A stretch of DNA of 63,867 nt, filler included, from Octopus bimaculoides (Eukaryota), in the NCBI RefSeq assembly GCF_001194135.2. It is 5 parts of 5 records of this genome, joined end to end, with 100 filler letters (N's around TTAATTAATTAA, not from the genome) between each part and the next. Parts side by side here need not be neighbours in the genome. Positions count along the whole stretch, not along the records: positions 43,470 to 57,863 come from NC_068986.1; positions 57,964 to 61,472 come from NW_026332129.1; positions 61,573 to 63,867 come from NW_026380161.1; 2 more parts are not named here. One strand, 5' to 3'. The translations under genes and the position numbers were made by a program. Shown here one piece after another: positions 50,011-62,027 of the stretch (within the stretch, counting starts at the first letter, position 1; every line of letters begins with the position of its first letter). The notes beneath the pieces are model-generated. The model did not search any database, was not told the origin of the DNA, and saw only the letters and a program-made list of their open reading frames with translations.

Positions 50011-50689
50011 TTTTCCGCCGATTAGATAGAAGTATTTGCTCTTCTGCTTCTTGTGAAGGAGACACGTTCCACTGGTCAGAAGTTACATCTATTTATGAAT
50101 CGCATTTGAGACACTCTGTGGTGTGAAGTGGTGGTCACATGTATTAGTACATATATTGTCTTTCATATGTTCTTACAAGTATGCCCTGCCTTTATACTTT
50201 TATTAAACTGATAGATTTATAGGAAATTTTGTTTTGCAGGTGAATAAGTATTATGTAACTGACATCAGTATTTATTTTATTGGGATATAAAATTTAAAAA
50301 AAAAAAAAAAAAAAAAAATCAACAGAACAACAAAACGAAGTGATATCTATCAACAGGAAGCTTAAACCTGGCCAGCAAACTAATTGAAGAAACATTGTAA
50401 AGATAAATAGTCAAATTTAATCTATAAAAGCTTGAATGTTATAGCATGTCACATACGTTTGTTCACGATAACGTACAGCGATAAAGGACTTTTAATATTG
50501 AATGAAATTGGTTAAGAGATTTATACTTTGAAGAGATAAGACGCCAAGCAAAATGTTGTATGTAAATACGCAATATAAATGAAGAATTGATAAATGAGCA
50601 GAGTAACGATTTCTTTATAAAATAAGGACGATACAAATACAGCAACACTAAATCTTCCTACTTTATGCAGCAGGCCAGTAACTTATGGG

Positions 50690-50955
50690 GGGAGGGCGAA
50701 CGTCGATTACACCCGAACGGACGAAAGGCAGAAGTTGATTTCGGCAGGATTTGAGCTTAACGTAAAGAGCCGAAAGAAATGCTGTAAAGAATTTTGTCCG
50801 ACACAATAACCATTTTGCCAGCTCATCACCTTAATAAAAACAATAATAATAGTTCTTTCTGAAATTTCTTGGTGGGGCTAGTCCGTTACATCGGCTCAAC
50901 TGGTACTTAATTTATCTACTCGGAAAGAACGAAAGGCAAAGTCAACCTCAGTTGT
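50690..50955 (-). mobile_element. Two partial family B SINE copies
   Basis: GACGAAAGGCAGAAGTTGATTTCGGCAGGATTTGAG...TTTTGCCAGCTCATCACCTT, and a second AACTGGTACTTAATTTATC...GAAAGGCAAAGTCAACCTCAG. Confidence 0.7.
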
Positions 50956-51689
50956 ACAATATTCGGTGGGATTGAGGGAGGAGTAGAGCTGATCATATTG
51001 ACCCCCGTACTTATTCTTTTCGGGAAGCAACAGCAATAGCGACAACAATGATAGTTTTTCTGTCGTCCTTCTACCAACACCTCGAGGGTGAGGGTAATGT
51101 CAGCCCGTGCTTTTTGCAGCTTTATTAGCATGGCCGTTCGGGTCAGACATATATCCTTCTGTAGTACATCCATCCTATATAGTTCTGTGCCATTCACAGC
51201 CGTTGCTGTGAATGTATTGCTGTTGTTGACGTCGTCATTAACAATGAAAATGTTGCCGTTTAAGGTGTCGAGGCTACTGTTGTTTTTGTTTTTTACCTCT
51301 ATCATAATGTTTGCTGTTGTAGTGGTGATGGTGGTGGTGGCGGAGTAGGTAGTGGCAATGCTCGTAGACTTATTTGCTGCTGTTGATTGATGTCCTTTTC
51401 CTTCTTTCAGTCATCTGGGCAGAAGACCCTCATGGACAACTGAACCTTCTGTCCAGAACAACAAGCCTGATTAATCTCCATTGCACGCCCTCAACAAGGA
51501 ACAGCTTCAGGATAGCGCTAAGGTCATCTATTAACAAACTTATGTTATTCTAAAAGTGGCCAACATTTACAAGAGGAGTTTGATCGGCTCCACCATATAA
51601 TATAGTTTGTCATATACTACATATATTATCACATTCTTTTTCCTACAACTTTCCGCTACCTTCAACAACTCCCTGTACAACGCATTTGA

Positions 51690-52340
51690 TATTGCTCTTT
51701 ATTTCTCCTGACATTCTGCATTCAAGCATAATTCACATGCAAGTTTGATACCTCACGGACTCTGTCAACAGAGACCTTGGAAATATCTTTCAACGGAGGC
51801 CATGACAATTTCGTCTCTTTCAACAGCAAAATGACACAATCATTATGTTACACTACCAAGAACACAATATTGCACATCACTTTAAACATGAACAACACGC
51901 AACTAGAATCCTCAAAGTCACAACAAATACAAATTCTAGGTGTCCCTATCTCTAAGGTTCTTTGCAGGTGAGCACATAACCTGAACAAGCTAAAAGTTCA
52001 TCTCAAAGGCTGTGCTTCCTCCTCAGAGCAGGAAAATAATTCATACCTACAAGAAACTAACGGTCTGCAAAGCCCAGGTGAGATCTCCCAATGGAGTACT
52101 GCTACACACAGAAACATTCTCAACTACATAAAAAGACGTTAGACGGATTGCCGAGTCGTTGCTAATCAACCTACTCCAATTTCTGGCCCACAGATATGTT
52201 GTCCCTCCGCTTTTCTTTTTCTACCATTACCACAATGTTCCCACTCCTTGGACTTACTTAGTCTTGTGCCACCTCCAACCAAGTCCTCCTGATGCACTCG
52301 TCTTTCTTCTTCTCGTCATCTAGATTGTTTCTATTCTAGC
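51690..52340 (+). mobile_element. L2/Crack-group LINE RT C-terminal fragment
   Basis: Frameshifted translation resembling NRDLGNIF..GHDNFVSFNSKMTQ, QILGVPIS, QRLCFLLRAGK, KAQVRSPMEYC and LSLVPPP. Confidence 0.65.
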
Positions 52341-52706
52341 CCTAATACTAACTACTACATTAAATCGTTCCTCCCCAGAACTTTTGTCATTCAAAAGTCG
52401 TCTCTTGCCATCGCCTTACAACTCAAGAGGGCTAGTAAACACGTCATCTCACTTGTCGGAGAAGGCTAGTGACACAGACCACCACCTACCAGAAAATGAA
52501 CAGTCCAGACAATCTCTGTGGCATTTGAACGTTGACAATTGAATTTATCGTATTTACTGGCGTAATGGACATCTTTTTTAATTTTTAAAATGTATCAAAC
52601 AATTGCTCTGCTTCTAATGCGGCCGATATACGGATGGGAGACTGAGTGTTGTAAGTTAAGGGGCTGGGTAAGAGTAATTCCGTAGGCACGATAATTGTCA
52701 CTAATA

Positions 52707-53976
52707 CGAGGGGCGTCCATTAAAGATTTCTCCTGATCCACTTCCGATTATTGCAGGAAAAGGAACTTGTATAGGTATAATTATGCATGTCTGTAGATGT
52801 CACATTGTAAATTGCAGCCTTCCACTAGTATTCGTTTATCTTTTACGGCTGCTGGAGTGATTAAAGTGTTATAATGAAGGCAACTGAATGCAAATCAGTG
52901 ATCAGGTTCTTATACTTGAAATGTCGTTCACCAAAAGTTTGTGGGGACGATGCACCATCATATGACTTAGTCCAGCACTAGCATAGCCAGTTCAAATGTG
53001 GTCGGACATCGGTGGAAATTGCTCCTATTTCTGGACGACCACATTCCGCCATTAATGACGACATCCTCCATAAAGTAGAAACTGCTATTTTGGAGGATCG
53101 CTGCATAACTATTCGGCAACTAGCCCAAGAAGTGTAGATAAGTGTATGGTCCGTAGAAAAAAATCATTCACGATCATTTGCATAGGTGGAAGTTGTCTGC
53201 ACAATGGATTCCCCCGATGCTCACACCTTTTCAGAAGCAGGAACGAGTCAATTGTTCTCAGGCACTTTTGGCAATGTGCCAAGTAAACGAGGAATACATT
53301 TTCGATTGACTTATCACACAGGATAAAACATGGGTCCATCAGTATGACCGTGAGACTAAAGTCTAGTCGAAGCAATGGAAGCATGATAACTCACCACTTC
53401 CAAAGAAGGTTCGTGTCCAACACTCAGTAGGCAAGGTGATGCTCACAGTCTTTTGAGACCAGCGCAGAGTAGTGGTGATGGATTTTCTGGCAAAGAGTAC
53501 CACAGTTAACGGAGCATATTATGCTTCTCTGCTGCGGAAATTGCGGCACACCATCAAAGCAAAAGTGTGGTATGCTGGCAAAAGGAGCCTGCCTCCTCCA
53601 AGACAACGCCCCAGATCACAATGCGCATATTTTCCAGATAAAAGTACACTCCTGCAGCGATGAAATCCTTCCTCGCCCCTTACTCTTCCGACCTCACACC
53701 ATCTGACTTCCACTTCCTTCCAACCATGAAATCTTTTTTGAAGGGGAAGCACTTTTCGGTTGATGATGAATTTATTTCCGAGGTAAATAAAGTCTTGGAT
53801 ATAGACGCAACCTACTGACTTCTACAGATGAGGTCTTCACAGCTGCATAAAGCGATGGGAGAAGTGTGTCACCATTGGTGGTGGCTATATAGAGAAGGAC
53901 TAATAACTAGGCCATGTTTCGCTTAGCCCAATTCTTGGGAAGTGTGTCAGGGGAAATCTTTAATGAACGCCTCCCG
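52707..53976 (+). mobile_element. Full-length degenerate mariner, irritans-type; transposase pseudogene 52874-53903
   Basis: TIRs CGAGGGGCGTCCATTAAAGATTTCTCCTGA and TCAGGGGAAATCTTTAATGAACGCCTCCCG, with TA at 52705-06. Translation includes MKATECKSVIRFLYLK, SAQWIP, LITQDKTWVHQYDRETK, GKVMLTVF, LLQDNAPDH, DLTPSDFHF, and KRWEKCVTIGGGYIEKD*. Confidence 0.93.
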
Positions 53977-54551
53977 AAACACAATTATGAAAGCAAGCCA
54001 AAATATCGTAACGGTATGTTGGCGGTTATGTAGGGATGTCACATCATCTTGTTATACCTCCTTCTCCAGCAAAGATAACCCATACCTGATATGTATCTTA
54101 CATTATTTGATGACTATATTTCGTTGAAGAAACATTTTAAAATTAGTTAAATGAAAAATCTCGGAGGTGAAAGGAATATTAAACCGCCTATCAGTTACTT
54201 GCAATGAGTGGACGATAACAAAACCAAAGCGGTGGTGTATCGCCCTGGTGAATCGCAGTAACACAACATCATAGCCAAAAATATCAGTTATACATCCTGT
54301 AAGACAATTATCTCTACTAAAATATAAACAACTATACAGCTGATCTGAAAGAAAATAAAATTGAAATATAATACTCGAATAACGTAATCCATATAAGATA
54401 ACTTAACGATCTCATGCGATATTCCAGTCTGCCGTCAGAGCATTGCCTTTACTTGCGATGACTCATACACTCACTCCACAAATCCACTTTAAAACATCTT
54501 TCAATGAATCTATGATGAAACCTACTAAACTTCTTTTTCCCCACAACATAC

Positions 54552-54648
54552 GTTTGTAAAATAAGGTGCGTCATATGTGAGGGTGTGTCTTCTGCATCGG
54601 CAAACATGGTAAATAGTGTAAAGTAATTAACAAGTCGCTCAACTTTAT
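54552..54648 (-). other. Candidate 97-nt internal exon of an unidentified transcript
   Basis: Acceptor T14-ATGACAG| at 54649 and donor |GTATGT at 54551. Only one frame is open (DKVERLVNYFTLFTMFADAEDTPSHMTHLILQT); no homology recognised. Confidence 0.35.
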
Positions 54649-55117
54649 CTGTCATAAAAAAAAAAAAAAAACCTTAGCATTTATTTATTTATAAAATCGG
54701 ATCATAGCCATACATTTCTGGTGGTGATTGGAGAGATTATAATCAATTATATTGATTTCTGTCATTGGTACGAACGACGTATCTGATAAGGATAGTATTG
54801 TCGATTATTTCGATCTCAGTTTTGCATAGGTACACTCCACACATTTTTGTATGTAGGGGAATGGTAGTTACTTTATTTTGTCCACCCGCAGAAGAATAAA
54901 AACTACGGGTGACTTGTGAGGTATATGAACCCAAAACCTTGAAACCACGTGATTTACCATTGCGCAGCACCTTATGTAAGAAGTAAGTTATTCTGCTGTA
55001 GCTTTGGGCTAATCAATGACTACTGAATAAAGTTGGTTGACAGAAACTGCGCAGAACCCTGCTTTATATTATACTAGCAGAAATACCCGGCGTTGCCCGT
55101 TTTAGGGATTCACACAG

Positions 55118-55136
55118 ACAGACAGACAGACAGACA

Positions 55137-55230
<94 letters not shown>
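55118..55230 (+). repeat. (CAGA)n-(CA)n microsatellite after a Helitron-like start
   Basis: Repeat directly visible. ACTAGCAGAAATACCCGGCGTTGCCCG at 55073-99 resembles Lep1/HINE-like 5' ends. Confidence 0.8.
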
Positions 55231-55231
<1 letters not shown>

Positions 55232-56840
55232 TCCCAATACATGTAGGATTCCTCACCATACAGGTGACAGGCACAGCTGTAAGATGCATTACGGATCTAT
55301 AGCAATTGGAAGGACATGACCCAATTGAAATAACAGCGTGTGACGTTTGGAGTAAAGGGAAATGAAAGTGTCGCCTCTGGAGTTTGCAAATGACCACTAT
55401 ACCGATAGGTAACTGTGCGGACAGAATTTACATTCGATAAATGTCTTAGAACAACCAGTCTCTCATCTGGAAAGACCTTGAAATCAATGTTATCAACTGG
55501 GGACTGTGTGTGTCGCAGTGATAATAAAAAGACTCAAAGGAGGTCTGCAACGAAATAATTTTACTCAACACTTTGCAAGTGAATCAGTGGAGGCAAAGAT
55601 GCGTCTCATTTACTTGACAATTTATGCACCACATTGCAGAAATCACAATGTAAGTATATCTGAAAGGGTAGTCTTACATTGTTGTACTGTTGAATTACAA
55701 ATAATGCTCATCTGTTATGTTCGGGTTAAAATTTCATCAACATCAAAAATATATGAATTTTCATGGGAGTTATGGCCGTTATGTATAGAATATAATTTCC
55801 AAATTTCAAAAAGATCCATTCAGTTCTTTTGACGTAGTTTTGGATAANNNNNNNNNNNNNNNNNNNNNNNNNNNNNNNNNNNNNNNNNNNNNNNNNNNNN
55901 NNNNNNNNNNNNNNNNNNNNNNNNNNNNNNNNNNNNNNNNNNNNNNNNNNNNNNNNNNNNNNNNNNNNNNNNNNNNNNNNNNNNNNNNNNNNNNNNNNNN
56001 NNNNNNNNNNNNNNNNNNNNNNNNNNNNNNNNNNNNNNNNNNNNNNNNNNNNNNNNNNNNNNNNNNNNNNNNNNNNNNNNNNNNNNNNNNNNNNNNNNNN
56101 NNNNNNNNNNNNNNNNNNNNNNNNNNNNNNNNNNNNNNNNNNNNNNNNNNNNNNNNNNNNNNNNNNNNNNNNNNNNNNNNNNNNNNNNNNNNNNNNNNNN
56201 NNNNNNNNNNNNNNNNNNNNNNNNNNNNNNNNNNNNNNNNNNNNNNNNNNNNNNNNNNNNNNNNNNNNNNNNNNNNNNNNNNNNNNNNNNNNNNNNNNNN
56301 NNNNNNNNNNNNNNNNNNNNNNNNNNNNNNNNNNNNNNNNNNNNNNNNNNNNNNNNNNNNNNNNNNNNNNNNNNNNNNNNNNNNNNNNNNNNNNNNNNNN
56401 NNNNNNNNNNNNNNNNNNNNNNNNNNNNNNNNNNNNNNNNNNNNNNNNNNNNNNNNNNNNNNNNNNNNNNNNNNNNNNNNNNNNNNNNNNNNNNNNNNNN
56501 NNNNNNNNNNNNNNNNNNNNNNNNNNNNNNNNNNNNNNNNNNNNNNNNNNNNNNNNNNNNNNNNNNNNNNNNNNNNNNNNNNNNNNNNNNNNNNNNNNNN
56601 NNNNNNNNNNNNNNNNNNNNNNNNNNNNNNNNNNNNNNNNNNNNNNNNNNNNNNNNNNNNNNNNNNNNNNNNNNNNNNNNNNNNNNNNNNNNNNNNNNNN
56701 NNNNNNNNNNNNNNNNNNNNNNNNNNNNNNNNNNNNNNNNNNNNNNNNNNNNNNNNNNNNNNNNNNNNNNNNNNNNNNNNNNNNNNNNNNNNNNNNNNNN
56801 NNNATATATATATATATACGAAATGGTACATACATACATA

Positions 56841-57630
56841 TGAGGTGCATTCCAAATGTTTTCTGGTTTTTAGGAGAGGACGTTATGACTGTCCTAGATT
56901 ATTGTAATTATAGAATATCATTACAATACATCTGACCAGCGAACTTTTGTTGCAGATTAAAGAAAACAACGGTAGCAACACCTTGGAAACAATCTACTAA
57001 ACACTACTTGTCACAGCTGATAGTTTTCAGAATACAGTCGGGACATACGTAAGCATTCCGTGCAATAAAGTTTTGTATTAAGCTGGACAAAAAGGCTACA
57101 GAAACTCAAGAAATACTACAATCTGCTTGTGGGTTAACGTTTTCACTGGCATAAGAGGCTGCCCAAGGACGGCAGAGAGAAGACGATCGATAATAGGCGT
57201 GGGAGGGAAAAGGATGTTAGAATATCAAAGCTGTTTGAGAAAATACCCAATTTTCTGGATGAAACCGTCGAGTGCCTATAAAGACAATAAGCAATAAGTT
57301 TGGAGATGATGAAACAACTGTAGACTGAATTATTATGAAGATCTGAACATACGCAGAATTCGTGCAAAGTTTGTTCTCAAGGTGATCAGTGCCGAGCATC
57401 CTGGTCATCAACTACTTAACAGAGATGGGCATCAAAACTGTTCTCATCCTCTCTGCAGTCAAAACCTTGCTCCCCGTGACTTTTGGTTGCTCCGCCAAGC
57501 TGAAGGAGAAACTCGGGGAGAGCGGTTTTGAAGATGAAGAAAGCTATGACAAAGGTCCTGAACACCTTCATTTTGGAGGAGTTTCATGGAGTCTCGGCGA
57601 AGTGACTGGAACGCTCAACAAGTGTATTGA
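56841..57630 (+). mobile_element. Internally deleted irritans-type mariner
   Basis: TA then TGAGGTGCATTCC terminus. The N-terminal region, ending EDLNIRRIRAKFVLKVISAE, joins directly to ILVINYLTEMGIKTV.H...NLAPRDFW...LKEKL, so the catalytic centre is missing. Confidence 0.75.
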
Positions 57631-57721
57631 AGTCAGATGATCCTAGCTCGAAGGAGATTAGAGTTGTGTACTTCCTTGATTTAATTTTTTTTCTCCGTGT
57701 TTTTTCTCCTTGTCTCCGTAT

Positions 57722-57758
57722 TCTTTCTGTTGAAGAGCGTAGCTCGAAACGTCAAAGA
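57722..57758 (+). ncRNA. Minimal type I hammerhead ribozyme-like motif (Penelope-associated type), core variant CUGUUGA
   Basis: Stem I TCTTT/AAAGA, core CTGTTGA-A, stem II GAGC-gta-GCTC, GAAA, palindromic stem III ACGT, cleavage triplet GTC at 57751-53. Confidence 0.6.
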
Positions 57759-57863
57759 CTTTCCGTATTCCCGAGCGTCATACTAATATATACTTTTGTT
57801 ATTTACACCACCTGTCCTCGTCTGTTGTTATTTTTTGTATATTCTCCCATATATATATATATA

Positions 57864-57963
57864 NNNNNNNNNNNNNNNNNNNNNNNNNNNNNNNNNNNNN
57901 NNNNNNNTTAATTAATTAANNNNNNNNNNNNNNNNNNNNNNNNNNNNNNNNNNNNNNNNNNNN
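57864..57963. other. Artificial spacer N44-TTAATTAATTAA-N44
   Basis: Exact 44+12+44 layout. Confidence 0.95.
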
Positions 57964-58268
57964 TTTAAGCATAACTTATAGGATTAAATTATGCAAAGTA
58001 AGTCTCTCTCTCTTCAAGATGAGAGAAATTTGATGGCAATTATTTATTGTAAGCCAAACTGATATTTTACAGGCTTATAATGACCATAGAGAGTGAAAAT
58101 ACCTATTTAGTTCAAGGACACGTACTGTCTCTCTAACAAAACGTACAATAATACTCGATATCATTTTGCAAGGACATGAGAACATGGTTTTTTTTGTTGT
58201 CCATGTCAATCTTCATTAAGATTTCAACTGTGAGGTGGAAAACACTGATGTAGTATGAGTAGGAGTTG

Positions 58269-58320
<52 letters not shown>

Positions 58321-59029
58321 NNNNNNNNNNNNNNNNNNNNNNNNNNNNNNNNNNNNNNNNNNNNNNNNNNNNNNNNNNNNNNNNNNNNNNNNNNNNNNNN
58401 NNNNNNNNNNNNNNNNNNNNNNNNNNNNNNNNNNNNNNNNNNNNNNNNNNNNNNNNNNNNNNNNNNNNNNNNNNNNNNNNNNNNNNNNNNNNNNNNNNNN
58501 NNNNNNNNNNNNNNNNNNNNNNNNNNNNNNNNNNNNNNNNNNNNNNNNNNNNNNNNNNNNNNNNNNNNNNNNNNNNNNNNNNNNNNNNNNNNNNNNNNNN
58601 NNNNNNNNNNNNNNNNNNNNNNNNNNNNNNNNNNNNNNNNNNNNNNNNNNNNNNNNNNNNNNNNNNNNNNNNNNNNNNNNNNNNNNNNNNNNNNNNNNNN
58701 NNNNNNNNNNNNNNNNNNNNNNNNNNNNNNNNNNNNNNNNNNNNNNNNNNNNNNNNNNNNNNNNNNNNNNNNNNNNNNNNNNNNNNNNNNNNNNNNNNNN
58801 NNNNNNNNNNNNNNNNNNNNNNNNNNNNNNNNNNNNNNNNNNNNNNNNNNNNNNNNNNNNNNNNNNNNNNNNNNNNNNNNNNNNNNNNNNNNNNNNNNNN
58901 NNNNNNNNNNNNNNNNNNNNNNNNNNNNNNNNNNNNNNNNNNNNNNNNNNNNNNNNNNNNNNNNNNNNNNNNNNNNNNNNNNNNNNNNNNNNNNNNNNNN
59001 NNNNNNNNNNNNNNNNNNNNNNNNNNNNN

Positions 59030-59091
<62 letters not shown>

Positions 59092-59340
59092 TTCATTTAC
59101 ATGTCTCAGGTCACAGAGAGTCTCCTCTACATTTATAGTGCATGAAGCACTTCATTGTTGTGTTTGTGCTACATTGAAAAGCCAGTACCCCACATTTCCT
59201 CTGCATGCTGAAGGAGACAACTTCTCTGGTGCTAATTGCCATCAAAACTGAGCCCAGTCCATAGAGTAAATTTGTCAGTTTAGTGTAGCTGTAGTTAATT
59301 TTAATTATGTCTTGTAAAGGACTTGCATGTATGTGTGTGC

Positions 59341-59389
<49 letters not shown>

Positions 59390-59394
59390 CTGTA

Positions 59395-61083
59395 AACAAA
59401 CAGGAAACAACTTCTGTCTCATTCCAGGGAGAAAGACTAGAGGTAGTTGACAGCTTCCGCTATCTGGGTGACCAAGTTAATATTGGGGGTGGGTGTGCTG
59501 AAAGTGTAGCTGCTAGATTAAGAATAGCTTGGGCAAAGTTCAGAGAGCTCTTACCTCTACTGGAGACAAAGGGACTCTCACTCAGAGTAAAAGGCAGGCT
59601 GTATGACGCATGTGTACGAACAGACATGCAACATGGCAGTGAAACATGGGCTGTGACTGCTGAGGACATGCGTAAGCTCGCAAGGAATGAAGCCAGTATG
59701 CTCCGATGGATGTGTAATGTCAGTGTGCATACCCGACAGAGTGTAAGTATCTTGAGAGAAAAGCTAAACATAAGAAGCATCAATTGTGGTGTGCAAGAGA
59801 GGCGATTGCGCTGGTATGGACATGTGGTGAGAATGGACGAGGATAGTTGCGTGAAANNNNNNNNNNNNNNNNNNNNNNNNNNNNNNNNNNNNNNNNNNNN
59901 NNNNNNNNNNNNNNNNNNNNNNNNNNNNNNNNNNNNNNNNNNNNNNNNNNNNNNNNNNNNNNNNNNNNNNNNNNNNNNNNNNNNNNNNNNNNNNNNNNNN
60001 NNNNNNNNNNNNNNNNNNNNNNNNNNNNNNNNNNNNNNNNNNNNNNNNNNNNNNNNNNNNNNNNNNNNNNNNNNNNNNNNNNNNNNNNNNNNNNNNNNNN
60101 NNNNNNNNNNNNNNNNNNNNNNNNNNNNNNNNNNNNNNNNNNNNNNNNNNNNNNNNNNNNNNNNNNNNNNNNNNNNNNNNNNNNNNNNNNNNNNNNNNNN
60201 NNNNNNNNNNNNNNNNNNNNNNNNNNNNNNNNNNNNNNNNNNNNNNNNNNNNNNNNNNNNNNNNNNNNNNNNNNNNNNNNNNNNNNNNNNNNNNNNNNNN
60301 NNNNNNNNNNNNNNNNNNNNNNNNNNNNNNNNNNNNNNNNNNNNNNNNNNNNNNNNNNNNNNNNNNNNNNNNNNNNNNNNNNNNNNNNNNNNNNNNNNNN
60401 NNNNNNNNNNNNNNNNNNNNNNNNNNNNNNNNNNNNNNNNNNNNNNNNNNNATTGGACACTAAATTCCGCTTGCGAAGACTTGTTGAGGCAAGTGAAATC
60501 GAACTAAATTCGTCGACTGGCACCCATGCCAACGTCGTCTCATTCATTGGACACAAAACTCAGCTTGCAAAGACTTATTGGGGCAAGCGAATAGCAAAGT
60601 TGGGATAGCACCTGCCCCCAGCGTCGCCTTTCTGGCACTTGTGCCCGTGACTTGTGTAAGGATTTTCGAGCGAGATCGTTGCCAGTGCCCCTGGACTGGC
60701 TCTTGTCCAGGTGGCACATAAAATACTCCATTTTGAGCGTGGCCATTGCCAGTATCGCCTGACTGGCCTTCGTAGGATTTTCTAGCGAGATCGTTGTCAG
60801 TGCCCCTGGACTGGCTCTTGTGTGGGTGGAACATGAAATACACCATTTCGAGCGTGGCCGTTGCCAGTACCGCCTGACTGGCGTTCGTGCGGGTGACACG
60901 TAAAAGCACCCACTACACTCTCTGAGTGGTTGGCGTTAGGAAGGGCATCCAGTTGTAGAAACTCTACCAAATCAGATTGGAGGCTGGTGTTGCCATCCGG
61001 TTTCACCAGTCCTCAGTCAAATCGTCCAACCCATGCTAGCATGGAAAGCTGACGTTAAACGATGATGATGATGATGATGATGA
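59395..61083 (+). mobile_element. RTE-clade LINE 3' portion: RT C-terminus, gap, repeat-rich 3' UTR and (GAT)n tail
   Basis: Stop-free LEVVDSFRYLGDQV...AWAKFRELLPLL...GRLYDACVRT..HGSETWAVT..RNEASMLRWMC...RRLRWYGHVVRMDEDSCVK at 59395-59856; tail GACGTTAAACGATGATGAT... ends at 61083. Confidence 0.92.
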
Positions 61084-61472
61084 GGGCTAATATATTAACG
61101 AAGATGATATACAATCAACTAACATTAGCCTGTAAACATTCAATTACATTTATTTATTAAATGATTGTAAAGATAGGTGTGAGCGTTACAAATTAATAAG
61201 TGAAATAAGTCAATAACTCATAAACAGATATATATATATATATACATATACATACACATATACATATACATATATTACTATTTTAATATTTATTACTTTG
61301 TACTCTTTTGATTTTTATCATAGGTCTTTTTAGTGTATTTACTTATCAAATTTTTCGATATGTGATTGTGGATTTTCATGGATGAATTAAATAATTGTGC
61401 TTTTTTTCTCTAAATTATATATTTATATATTTATATATTGTGAAATTTAATTTAATTTTGATAAATTAAATT

Positions 61473-61572
61473 NNNNNNNNNNNNNNNNNNNNNNNNNNNN
61501 NNNNNNNNNNNNNNNNTTAATTAATTAANNNNNNNNNNNNNNNNNNNNNNNNNNNNNNNNNNNNNNNNNNNN
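61473..61572. other. Artificial spacer N44-TTAATTAATTAA-N44
   Basis: Exact 44+12+44 layout. Confidence 0.95.
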
Positions 61573-61590
61573 TATATATGTATATATATA

Positions 61591-61621
<31 letters not shown>

Positions 61622-61629
61622 TCATGTAT

Positions 61630-61660
<31 letters not shown>

Positions 61661-62027
61661 TACACACACACACATATATATATATAAGAATCAAATCTAG
61701 GCAAATCAAGTTCACATATTCATTTATATTTCTTCAGCCCCAGATCCAACTTGCATGAATTTCTCCAAAAGTATTACTCTATATATTATATCTATATATT
61801 TTTGATGTGTTTGATGTATTGAATATACTTTTGGAGAAATTTGTGCATGCTGGGTCTAGGACTTAAGAAATATCAATGAATATGTGAACTTGATTTGCCT
61901 AAATTTGTTTCTTACTTCTACATTATTCTAACGCCAATGGTTTGAATATCTTGAGCACTTCAAAGTGAAGTTTATGCATTGGAGAAAATCTTTTTCCTTA
62001 TAATCATATATATATATAAGACAAATA

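Noticed and set aside
45500-50230. AG|GT recursive-splice-like sites at 45509 (minus) and 50219 (plus)
   Set aside because: The donor halves (GTATTT, GTGAAT) are weak and the two sites are on opposite strands; not supportable without junction reads.
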